Shown: positions 22,412-34,385 of the stretch, in pieces
How positions within the stretch are numbered: position 1 is the first letter of the stretch
Layout: every line of letters starts with the position of its first letter
Source of the DNA: Azolla caroliniana
Lineage: Eukaryota; Plantae; Polypodiophyta
Length of the DNA stretch: 64,000 nucleotides
Reading direction: 5' to 3'
Assembly: GCA_043228905.1 (NCBI GenBank)
Contig: JBHGNT010000003.1
Span: 18,786,001 to 18,850,000, forward strand
Notes under the pieces: generated by a model
Database searches by the model: none
The model's input: only the letters and a program-made list of their open reading frames with translations
What the model was told of the DNA's origin: nothing
Made by a program: the position numbers and the translations under genes

Positions 22412-25400
22412 GTTCGCAATGAGACATAGAGCAAACTCTATGATGACCTCCAGCTTGATCAGTACTTCCAATGCATAAGACGTATGGTTTGTTGACTCTG
22501 GCACCTCAAACCATATGACGTCTCATCAAGAATGATTTCGAGACCTCACAAATCCGGTTCGACCTGGCCATGTTGAGACTAGAAATGACACCACAGCATG
22601 TCGGCAATGTACCATTTGGCAAGGAGGGCAACCAGACTACGTAATTCACTCAAATGTGTGGGGTCCAGTTCAGACGGCAACATTCGGAGGATGCCGATAT
22701 TATGTCACTTTCATTGACGGCCACTCAAGGCACACTTGGATCCATCCGATGCGCCATAAGAACGATGTGTTCACACACTTCCAAAAGTTCAAGGGTAGCA
22801 TGTATGACATCTTTCATCAGATGCAGGTAAAGAATACTTCTTCGACACCTTCACTGTATACCTCCGAAAAGAAGGAATTCGGTGAGAATTCACTTGCCTA
22901 CAGACACCTCAACAAAACGGGTTGCCAAAAAAAAAATCGGCACATACTAGAGGTGGCTTGAGCAATGATGAACAAAAAGAATTTGCCACAGTCATACTGA
23001 GCCGAAGTAGCGAACATTGTCGTATACCTGATGACCCGGTGCACAACATCTTGAGTATGCAATGTAATGCCTCACAAGAAGTACTATGGGAGAAAGCCGG
23101 ACCTATCCCATATACGGAGATTTGGCACTATTGCATACGTGCACATTCCCAATGAAAATCAAAGAAGTGCATCCTTGTGGGATACTCACTTGAATGAAAG
23201 GGGTGCAAATGCTTTAATCCCACTATCCGGAAAGTTCGTGCAAGTCAGGATGTCATATTCGACGAATCGGCATCCTAGTACACAATTGTCCCAACTCCAT
23301 CCAAACCGATTATAGCCGATCTCGACATACACTCGGAAGAGGACGATCGCCTGAGGCCTACACCAGAGGAAAGTCCAATCTCAAGCAGGCTAATTGTACC
23401 TCAAGAGCCTCCAAGAAAAATCAAAATACGTCATAGGCAAGTCCAAAATCGGACAAAGGGAAGGCCAAAATGTCGGAATATGAAGACGACCAATCCGACA
23501 CGAACGATTCGGCTCACTCACTTGACAGTGAGCACAGAGGATTTGATGCACTTATCATGAGGGCATCCAGTGCAAAGAAAGCGCTCATAAGGCAAATGAA
23601 AAACTCCGGCGCTCCAATAGCGAAAGGAATCCAGTTAGCCGATTCGGCGACAACAACTATATTGTTGGGAATTTGGTCCCTCCAGATGGGATCTGGATTA
23701 GAATCGGAGGAGCTGAATTAGACAGGCCAAAGGAAGGAACCGGACCGGACGAATTCGGAAGGTATCCAGATGAATCCATTGTGAACCGAATCCAGGGACA
23801 TATCTGTAAATAGTCCTAAGGTCATATAAGTATAAATATGACTTAGGGTAATCACTTGTATGATGTAGTGAGTGTTGTTCATTTTTGTATCATCATTGTA
23901 TAGAGAGACGAAAGAGAGAGAGAGACAAACAGAAAGCAGTTTCTGTTGTAACCACCTAAAGGTGAAGATACAGAGCTCGAGGTCATTGCCTCTAAGTCTC
24001 ATTCTGCATTGTACTTCCTCTCTATAGTATTTCTGTTCGGAGTTTGTGGACTCCCGTGGTTTTTCCCGATTAGGGTTTCCACGTAAACATTCTATGTCGT
24101 TTCAGTGCTTATTTCTATTTTTCTGGTTTGTTTCTTCCATTGAGTTTGGGACTCAGTTGTGGCCGAGCACTCCATTTCCTTGAAAACTGGTATCAAAGCG
24201 TACAACAAATGGACTAGTCATTCGGAAGCATGTTCAAGGTCACCGGCTCCAACTACTCAGTGTGGAAGTCGAAGATGAGGGACATGCTCGTGGCTAAAGG
24301 TCTCTGGTTGTCGGTACAGTTCAGGAACAAGAAACCAAACAAGATTGACGCCACGACTTGGGAGGTGATGCACATGAAGACGACGACATACATAAGATGC
24401 TTCATCGACATGAGCCTGTATAATAACTTTAATGAAGAGAACAAGGTAAATGAGCTCTAGGAGAAGATAGGCATCATGTTTGAGAACAAGAATGTCGTAA
24501 ATCGAGTCTCGGTTTTCCAGAAGTTGGTGAGACTCAGATATCAAGACGACTCCAGTATGGCAAAGCACATGAACGCCCTCTAGGGGCTCATAAATCAAGC
24601 CACCTAGTTGGAAGTACCTCTGGCCGATGAGGTACTCGCGTTGTTATTGCTCGGTTCCCTCCCAGATAGTTGGGAGACGCTAGTTTTCATTTTGGGCAAC
24701 GCCGGGCGGGAAGGAAAGCAACTATCCCTAGCAAGAGTAAGTTGAGCTTGCTAGATGAAGAGGCGCGTCAAAAAGACAAAGAAATGATCTCCGACACAAC
24801 TACCTTGATTACCGAATCCGACGCACAACGAGGAAGAAACCGAAATCGGAGTCCCTAGGACCGGGACAAATCGGGGACAAGATCAAAGTCAAGGGGGAGG
24901 CCTACGTGCTTCTATTATGGGAAGTTAGGGCATTTCCAGAAGAATTGTCAACACTTTCGGAAGGAGAAAGGAACCGACAATGCCGACTCAGAGAAGGGTC
25001 TGGACTGGCGGAGTTCGGATCGGAAGGAACATCGACAGTCGCAACAAGTGAAGAAGAATTGTTGCTTATCACCGGGGATAGTGAGTTGCGTCTTGTCAAC
25101 GAAGAAATGAGCTGGGTGGTGGACTCCAGAGCATCATTCCATCTAACTCCAGACCAGAAGTGCTTCTCATCGTACAGAGCTGGAGATCACGGTTCTGTTC
25201 GGATGGGAAATGAAGGTGCATGCCGAATTGTCGGCATAGGAGACATGTGGTTGACAACGTCAACCAGGTAGAAGTTGTTGTTGAAGGATGTCCGACACGT
25301 TCCAGACATTCAGTTGAACCTGATATCAGTCGATCGGTTAGATGATGAATTCTACACAGGTAGCATCTGGGACGGAGTCATAAAGTTTTGCAAAGGGAGC

Positions 25401-25939
25401 CTGATCATGGCTCAAGCCCGGAAGATCAACACATTGTACCTGATGCTTGGCAGGATTTGCCGGGAGGAAGTGAATGTGGCATCCGAATGAGTTGTGGCAA
25501 AAGAGGTTGTGTCTTGAGAAGTGCACCGACTGTTTGGCCGGCAATAAACCGAACCTCTTTTCGGTCAAGACCACCGATGAGACAGAATGCCCCACTAGAA
25601 CTTGTCCATACCCAAGTATGCCAAGTGGACACGAAGTCACATGCCGGATTGTAGTACTTCGGGACATTCATAGACGACCATAGTCGGAAGCTATGGCTAT
25701 CACCGTTGAAGACGAAGGATCAGGTGTTGTCCGTCTTCAAGGAACTCCATGAGAGGGTGGAAAGGGAAAGCGGACAGAAGCTGAAGGCGGTTCGAGCGGA
25801 CAACAGAGGAAAATACCAGGGGCAGTTCGAGGAGTACTGTTGGTTGAAGGGAAACCGGCTCGAATTCACCGTGCCGAGGACGCCGAAACTGAACGGATTG
25901 GCTGAAAGGATGAACCGGACTATGATGGAGAGAGTCCGG

Positions 25940-28900
25940 TGTCGTGAAGATCCGTCACTACGCGCGGATCGTGAGGCGGAACCGCCGGGGTTCTAGACCG
26001 GAAGGATTCAAAGTCGGTATAAGCTTTGGTGTAAGCTTTAGCGAGAAAGTACTTAAGATAGATTGGGAAAGAGAGAAGTTGAGATTAAATGATTGAGAGA
26101 GATTGATTGAACTTTTAACTTTAGATTTAAGAAACAAGTTACACGATCAATTTGATAACGAATTTCTTCTTCTTAATTTCATAACAAAAAAAACCGTGTT
26201 TTTTCTCCTCCCCCTTCCTTCTTTTATAGATGCTCTCATGCATATGATGCATGTGAGGGTACAAGACATGCATAAATTGCATGTTTGCCATTTGGCGCTT
26301 ATGTGGTGCATGATAACCATGTCACTCATTTTAGCTCTCATGTATGAGAATTTACATGTAAAAGTACAATGATAGAAATATAAATTCAACTAAATGGCAT
26401 GTCACTCATTCTTCCATAATATGATTCTCCTTCTTCTATTATGTTCTCTTCTTTCAGCATCTTCTCGAATTCTTGTATCTGGCGCTTGTGCTTCTTGTCG
26501 GGTAGTACTAGTTTACATGCGCCACTAGGTGTGACACATGTTGCTTCTCCTTGCAATCCACGCACTCTTCTTTCTTGTGGGGTCTTGTGATTGCTCAGAC
26601 TATTTGTGCCCCATGCTTCAATAGTCCGCTCTAAAAATCCGAGGATTCGCCTCCGAGACTATCTCGATTCCTTTCATGATTGGCTCGCACCGTTAGGAAT
26701 TGGACCGATCTTTGGTTTTCAAGACTCTTTATTCGTGCGAAGGCTGCTCCATTATCGAACACTTTGGTCTCCATCCAAGATGATGTGATATAAGGTTGCC
26801 CTAGGATGACAGGATGCGACACCAATTCTTGTACGAAGAAGTGTTGATCCATCTCCACATCCCCGATCGTGACTTTGACATTGGGACAAGCTCCGTACAA
26901 ATCCTCCGTAGACTTTGTTGCCGCGCGAATCTTCCATCCGTGGTTTGTATTGATTGGCCATCTTCCTTTTTTGTAGAAGTCGGTTGACATGAGGTTGATC
27001 TCCGAGCCGTGGTCGATCAAGGCTACCACGGTCTCTTTCTTCTCCCCGATCTTCACCGGCGTCTCCGTTGTCACTCGTGCCCAATGAGGTCGAGTGTAGT
27101 GGTTGTCCACCATATCTTCATCGATTTCGTCTCTTGCCATTATTATGGCATTCGTTTTTGCTTTTTGCGGCTTCTCTTCTTCCTCGTCCGATTGTTGTCT
27201 CTTTCTCTTTACAAGGTCCACGATCGTGTCATGGAACTCCTTCTTCGTAATGCCAAGCAATTCCCTCAAGGACAAAGTTACGTGGCTATCAAGAACTCGT
27301 TCTTCAAGAATCTTCTTTAGGTCCGTCGTCTACTCTATGTCCAACCTTAGCGTATAGGTAGGTATGGTCCTTGTCCTCTGAGTGGGGTCTTCGACACCAA
27401 CCTTCACGAGCCGAACCGTTTCTTCAACTCGTATGCTCGGCTCCCCTTTTCGGCTTGATTCTCGTTCCTCCGTTTGTAAAGGTCGACTCGTCTCCGCATC
27501 GTCCTTCTTTTTCGCGTTCCTTGTTTCATGTCTTTTTTGATGGGCCTTTCTCTTCTATTCTCTTTCTCTTTTCTTCGACGAACACCTCGTGGTTGTCGCA
27601 CATCACCTCTGCGAGTATGGTGTTGTCGTCCACCGGATCCGACCACCCGGTTATGCTTTGCACGCTTCGGTTCGCAAGCTCTACCTCGTTCGATGTGACT
27701 TTTCCCTTCTTTTCATATTCGAGAACGGAAGTCCAAAACTTTGCTCCCGCTCTAGCAGCTTCAGTCTTGTCTTTCCCGACTCTTATTCCGGCCGACGCAG
27801 CATAGTGCATCGCATCCACATGAGTCACATCGGCATCCTCCATAGATTTCTTCATTCCTCCTCTTCCGAAATTCACCCGTAGGGGTCTTCTAGTCTCGCT
27901 TGAGCAGATCATGTTGTCCTCTATGTATATGATATTTTGTCAAATCGCCTCTCGAAGGCTCGCACAATCCCTTCTCATGTGGTCCATGCTATCGCACCAC
28001 ACACATCTAAAGGGTTCTTTTCCTTTAGGGCCCCGACGATTCATGTTGACTAGCGTGACCTTCTCGAACTTCTTCGCTAGCTCTTCAATGATGTCGTCAT
28101 CAATCTTCTTTTCTTCCACGTTACTTTGTCTTGGCGGCTCAACTACTTTCGGCGGTCTTGCTTTCTCCGTGGTAGTCGGTCCCGTCAAGTCGGTGTCATC
28201 AACCCATTGGCGACGCTTGTCGAGCCTATTGCATGCCCGCTTCACCACGATCCAGTCCGCTACGAGCCCATTTGCTTGGGTATCATCTTCGAGAAGAGTC
28301 CCCAACTCCCGTCTATCCTTTATGTCCACGGCCTTCAAGAAGTACAAAGTCTTGTCCTCTTCAAGCAACACTTGGTCCGTATTGGGGAGACGACTAAACA
28401 TATGGTCGAATTCGTCGTACACCCTCGAGACGCTCATCTTCTTATTCTTCTTCTCTATCCACTTCATCAGGGCATGTCGAGTCATCCTTGTGGAGTCTTC
28501 AGTCACGAACTCCGCTAGTATCGTTTTCTCGAACTCGGACCATGTTGTCTTACCTTCTAGAAGCTCGATGACGCGTCTTTGGATGTTGTTGGTGACAACT
28601 CTCTTGAAGCTTGCGATTTGACGTGCCTCGGACACGTCCCTCTAATTCATCTCCCTTCTATATGCATCAAGGAACTTCGTAACGTTCCTTCCATCGAATT
28701 GGCCCTCGAGCTCTACGACACGATCGACAGCCTTCTCCACGCTCGTGTCGTTGTCCCGAGATCTCATCATTTGCTCGACGATTAGCATCATCCTTTCGAG
28801 CTCCCCCGCTTGGTTGCTTGAGGACGCCATCTCCAAGTATTAATCTCGACTTGATCCTTCCTACCGCCTATTTTACGTCGGGTTCACCACTTAATTATGT

Positions 28901-29992
28901 CGTGAAGATCCGTCACTACGCGCGGATCGTGAGGCGGAACTGCCGGGGTTCTGGACCGGAAGAATTCAAAGTCGGTACAAGCTTTGGCGTAAGCTTTAGT
29001 GAGAAAGTACTTAAGATAGATTGGGAAAGAGAGAAGTTGAGATTAAACGATTGAGAGAGATTGATTGAACTTTTAACTTTAGATTTAAGAAACAAGTTAC
29101 ACGATCAATTTGATAACGAATTTCTTCTTCTTAATTTCATAACAAAAAAAACCGTGTTTTTTCTCCTCCCCCTTCCTTCTTTTATAGATGCTCTCATGCA
29201 TATGATGCATGTGAGGGTACAAGACATGCATAAATTGCATGTTTGCCATTTGGCGCTTATGTGGTGCATGATAACCATGTCACTCATTTTAGCTCTCATG
29301 TATGAGAATTTACATGTAAAAGTACAATGATAGAAATATAAATTCAACTAAATGGCATGACTTAATGGTAAGCCAATTGACTCCTAACTTGGAGGTGCAA
29401 GGTTCAAATCCTTACTTGCCCTCCTTGTATATTTATATATTTATTTATCTAGTCGTCGGATGTCGTCGGTTGCCGCCGGTGCCGCCGGTTACCGGTGCCT
29501 CACCGGCGCCGGATACCGGTGCTGCCGCCGGATGCCATCTTCTAACCGGCGCCGGATGTCGGATTACCGTCGAATGCCACCGGATCACTAGCTCCATCGC
29601 CGGTCCGGTTTTGGTTGGCCAAAACCCTTTACAAGTAGCTAGCCCACCTCCATTTTAAGTTCAAGTTACCTTGAACTCTCTATGCTCCACACATAGACAC
29701 AAAGATAATATCTTTTCCTCTACCTTATATATGATGAGAGCCGTATTTGTCGTGTCTATGTGGGATATCTCACAATTTTCTCTTTTCCTTTCACAAACTT
29801 TATACCCTCATATCTTGACATTTAGTTGTCTGTTTCTCGTGTAATAAAGTGCATTCGAAACCTCCATCATTTTGTACTTAGATATTAAATTTATTTAAAA
29901 TGTTATCTTCACAATTATTGTATTATGTGATTCATACTCGATTTCGTACGTTTTATGGGATTTTTACACTATTGCCGAAAATCTTCACGACA
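25940..29992 (-). mobile_element. Gag-pro-only gypsy E2, a diverged relative of E1; pol, PPT and half of the 3' LTR deleted
   Basis: 5' LTR 28898-29992; 3' LTR remnant 25940-26401 matches 28898-29359. TSD CCGG; Trp PBS 28875-28889. gag-pro 26631-28836 has stops but retains CVWCDSMDHMRRDC and LIDHGSEIN. Confidence 0.92.
29352..29420 (+). promoter_or_regulatory. tRNA-like Pol III A/B-box module inside the E2 LTR (antisense to the element)
   Basis: TGACTTAATGGTAAGC (A-box/D-arm) ... AAGG-TTCAAAT-CCTT (B-box/T-arm). Confidence 0.6.
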
Positions 29993-32258
29993 CCGGAGCA
30001 TGCTGGCACATTCCAAGTTACCCAAGACGTTTTGGATTGAGGCGTTGATGACAGCGACGTACGTGATAAATAGATCACCCTCAGCACACTTGGAAGGAGA
30101 CACACCACAAACAATATGGACCGGTAAAGACGTGGCTTACCGGCATCTTAAGGTGTTCGGTTCTCTCGCTTACGTGCATGTTGCAAAGGAAAAAAGAGCA
30201 AAATTGGATCCGAAGTCCCGCCCATGTATATTCATTGGATACGGCGATGATGTGTTTGGCTACCGAGTGTAGGACTTGGTCGACAAGAAGGTCTTCCGAA
30301 GTCGAGACATAGTCTTCATGGAACAAGACTATTGCCGATTGGGAGTCAGAGAAGAAGATAGCGGACTCCGGGTCGACCGACAGAGATCGGTTGGAAGAGA
30401 CAAGGACCCATCCAGCCGAAAGCCGGATGACACTCAAAGAACCAGCCGGAGTCGAACAAGAAACCAAACCGGCCAAAGAAGAAGATTTGGACACCGGAAC
30501 CGGACAAGACCTCAAATTGGATTCGGATGAAGAGCAGATGGAGGAACCAATGGACGAGAACCAAGGAAGAAGATACCCTCTAAGAGAGAGATGGCCCCCC
30601 CGGAGATTTCTGAATGCAGAGCATGTGTTGTTGACCGACGAGGGGGAGCCGGAAAGCTTCGAATAAGCAAAGAAAGACACTCATAGCCGCAAGTGGTTAA
30701 GTGCCATGCAGGATGAGATGGATTCCATGCATGAGAACTACACATTTGAACTGAGGGAGTTGCCGAAGGGAAAGAGAGCGCTCCAGATCAAATGGGTGTA
30801 CAAGTTGAAACCGGGGGACTCCGGAAATCCACCAAGGTATAAGGCCCGCGTTGTGGTGAAGGGCTTCCAGCAGAAGAAAGGAGTGGATTTCGATGAGATC
30901 TTTGCCCTGGTAGTAAAGATGACATCCATGCAGACTGTGTTGAGCATAGCAGCAAGATGGACCTCGAGGTAGAGCAACTAGACGTCAAGACAATGTTCCT
31001 ACATGGTGACCTCGAAGAAGAGATCTACATGCAATAGTCGGAATGATTCGTCAAGAAAGGGAAGGAGCACCTGGTATGCCAGTTCAAGAAGAGCTTATAC
31101 GAACTGAAGCAAGCTCCTCGGCAATGGTACCGAAAGTTCGACTCTTTCATGACCGATCTAGGATATCACAAGATGCAAGCCGACCACTATGTATTTGTGA
31201 AGAATTTCGACGGAGGAGACTTCTTGATACTCCTACTATATGTGGATGACATGTTGATTGTCAGACCGGACCGAACCAAAATCGGGAATCTGAAGAAGGC
31301 ATTGAACCGGACCTTCTCAATGAAAGATTTGGGTCCGGCGCAACAGATATTGGGGATGCACATAGTTCGGGACAGGACGAAGAAGTTAGTGTGGCTGTCA
31401 CAAGATAAGTACGTTGTCGTGAAGAAAACCGTCTATAGGCGGAATCGGCGCACCAAGGCGTGGGAACCGGTTCTTCACGCGCGCACGCTCCGAGTTGTAC
31501 ATAGAAACGAATTGAGAGGATAATCGGCAGGAACGGGCCCTAACTCAAGTGGAGACAAAGACCGCGCGAACAGTCTTTTCGGTCGCGCGCGCGAACTGTA
31601 CGAGTCGGCGGCGTAACTACGCGGATCCGTGAAAAACGGAGCGGATCCCTGTCCAAAAGGGACAGGGAATAAAGCTGACACGACGGCCTGTTCGTCGGCC
31701 TATATAAGGAGCGGGAAAGAGCTGTTGCAGGGATCTGGGGCGGAGAGGACGAAGTGCTGTCGGACCGTTTCTGGACGCTTCGCTCTCTCTGTTTCCTTCC
31801 TTCTTGAGCTCCAAAGCTTTCTGTGCAGGGTTCCGGGGAGGCTCGCGCTGTTTCGAGGAACGCCCGAGTGCTTCCGGCAGCACCTCCGACCTGCTACCCC
31901 CCCCCCATTTCCCCGTTTGTGCGTCGAAGCGAACAGGCATCGGCATCTGTTCGCCGGCCTGTTCGGTTGCAACCAACCTGTGCCCCATCGGGGGTTGTAG
32001 TCGTGTTAGCCATTTTGTTAATACACATATTTAGTCATTCGCATCCGTCTGTGTCGGTGTCTGTTCGCGTTCTCCGTGCTGAAGGGCCGTGTCCCTGTGT
32101 ATCCCCGGTCCTGCGTAGCCGGTTCTCTCTCTTTCTCCTCCCTCGCTTGCTCTTTGGTTCGAGACCCCCGCGGTCCCGCCTCTATTCCACACGCACTTGC
32201 GTAATATCTCGACATCTTTGGTGAACCCGACGTGAAAGAGGCGGCAGAAGAGCAGAAG

Positions 32259-34385
32259 ATGAGGGGGTCGGATCTCGCAGAGGCCATGGCTTCGGCCGTG
32301 GATCGGATCGTAAACGCGCGCGAGGGCACCGGTGCCCTCGACAGAGCTATTGAGGCGGTCGTCGGCACGATCGGCCGGTTCGATGGGAGGGATGCCACGA
32401 AGTATCTGGCGTCCTACGGTGCAGAAATGTTGATGCGGGACATTCCGGAAGAAAGGCGTCTTGCCGGTTTTCCCCGAGTGGCAATACCGAGCATCCATGC
32501 GGAGGTGCTCGAGGTGCGGGCGGAGAGCCGTACCTGGGAGGAGTTCGAAGGTCGGCTCCTAGAGAAATACGGGCTGGACGACGCGCTCCGGCTTTCGAAG
32601 CGAAGGTTCATGGAATGGGTGGAGTCCCCGGGGAAGGGAAGAAACGCGTCGGCACTCCTCCGGGAGTTCGAGGAAAACTTTGCGCGCCTTTCGGCGCTCG
32701 ACCGAACCATCCTGGACACGAGCCGGGTCTTGCTGTTTGTCAAGTCGGTCGACGAGCGGGATCGGGAGCAAGTGGGCCTCTTGCTGGAAACCGAAGACGG
32801 GCTCACTACCGACTGGGCGGCTGTCAGGAAGGTCTGTGGTCGTTTCGACAAACGGCGAGAATGGGCGGATAACGGACCGACTGGGTCGGGCTCGGTCGCA
32901 GCAAGGAAGCTCGAACCAGCGCCACAGGTGCGCAAGGAAGAGACCCGGGAGTGGTTGGAAACCGGTTCGGCTTCGACCGGCGTAGTCAGAGGCTCAACCG
33001 GAGGAGCGGCGCTGGAGGAATTGACGAAGGCGATAAAGGACCTCCAAATCGCGCAGGCCCGAAGGGAAGGAGGCGAACCGGCTCGTGACCGACGGCCGGC
33101 GGCAGGAAACAGGTGCATGTGGTGCGATGAAGTCGGCCACGTTCGGAAGGACTGCGGCGACTTCGCGGAGGCGCTGAGGGACCGGGTGGTGTACCTGTGG
33201 GAAGGACGGGTGCATGCCAGCGACACCCGAAGGGCCCTGAGCCGAAACGACGGAAAGGGTGGTATGAAAAGGTTGATGGAAGAGGCGGCGGCCCGACACG
33301 CGGAAACCGTCCACTACTCGGCGTCGGCCGGCATTCGAGTCGGGGGCGGCGAGGCCCGAAAGGAAAGCAAAGCCGGATTCTGGCCGACGATGCTGGAAGG
33401 CCTTGCCGGTGCAGGGCTTAAAAGGGAGGAATCGGACCGTGCGGAGAAACGGGTACGGGAGATGACCGGGTGGAGCGACCCGGTCGAGGAAAGGACGGGC
33501 TTCGTGGAAGCCGCTTGCCGGAACTACGAGGCTCTGGTAGAAGAGAAGCGGGTGGGAAAACCCGGGACGACCGGGCCCTCACAACGATACGAGACCCGGT
33601 CCGGGCCACGACGGGACGAAGCCGGCAGGGCCGGTACGCAAGATAAACCCCAGAAGGGCGGGTACCGTCTGGGGACGGAGATAGAAAGAACCACGGACTT
33701 ACGAAAGGTCCTGGAGGAACGGATCCTCGACAGCAAGGTGGAGCTGTCGCTACGGGAGGTGCTTGGAATCGCCAAGAAGGAGTTCCACGACTCCATCGTG
33801 GACTTGGTGAAACGGAAGAGGCTGTCAACGGAGACAGAACCGGAAAGACCGGTGGAAGTGCGGACGACGCACCTAGACGACATGGCGCTGGGAGACGAGT
33901 GGGCGGAAAGCCACTATTCGAGACCGCACTGGGCCCGAGCGACCACGGAAACCCCGGTGAAGATCGGCGATGTCCAGGAACCGGTGATAGCTTTGGTGGA
34001 CCACGGATCGGAGATCAATTTGATGTCCATGGACTTCTATAAAAAGGGAAAATGGCCGATCAACACCAAGCACGGGTGGAAAATAAGGGCAGCAACGCGC
34101 GCCACCGAGGAACTGCACGGGGCCTGTCCGAATGTGCGAGTCAAGATCGGCGACGTCGAGATTGACCAGCACTTCTTCGTGCAGGAGACGTCTTCGCATC
34201 CGGTCATACTGGGAGAGCCGTACGTCACGGCGGCGCGAATGGAGACCAAGGTGCTGGACAATGGTTCGGCCTATGCGCGGGTCAAGAGCCAGGACGGCCG
34301 CCATTCGGTCCAGTTTTTGACGGTTAGGCCGAACCACGAGCGTAACCGCGACTCCCTCGGTTCCGATAACCGAGAGGATTTTTAG
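32259..34385 (+). CDS. gag: Gag-protease of E1b
   Basis: Translation identical to the E1 Gag-PR. Confidence 0.93.
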   Translation: MRGSDLAEAMASAVDRIVNAREGTGALDRAIEAVVGTIGRFDGRDATKYLASYGAEMLMRDIPEERRLAGFPRVAIPSIHAEVLEVRAESRTWEEFEGRLLEKYGLDDALRLSKRRFMEWVESPGKGRNASALLREFEENFARLSALDRTILDTSRVLLFVKSVDERDREQVGLLLETEDGLTTDWAAVRKVCGRFDKRREWADNGPTGSGSVAARKLEPAPQVRKEETREWLETGSASTGVVRGSTGGAALEELTKAIKDLQIAQARREGGEPARDRRPAAGNRCMWCDEVGHVRKDCGDFAEALRDRVVYLWEGRVHASDTRRALSRNDGKGGMKRLMEEAAARHAETVHYSASAGIRVGGGEARKESKAGFWPTMLEGLAGAGLKREESDRAEKRVREMTGWSDPVEERTGFVEAACRNYEALVEEKRVGKPGTTGPSQRYETRSGPRRDEAGRAGTQDKPQKGGYRLGTEIERTTDLRKVLEERILDSKVELSLREVLGIAKKEFHDSIVDLVKRKRLSTETEPERPVEVRTTHLDDMALGDEWAESHYSRPHWARATTETPVKIGDVQEPVIALVDHGSEINLMSMDFYKKGKWPINTKHGWKIRAATRATEELHGACPNVRVKIGDVEIDQHFFVQETSSHPVILGEPYVTAARMETKVLDNGSAYARVKSQDGRHSVQFLTVRPNHERNRDSLGSDNREDF

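Noticed and set aside
29352-29420. Functional tRNA gene
   Set aside because: Acceptor and anticodon stems pair poorly; treated as a tRNA-like promoter module only.
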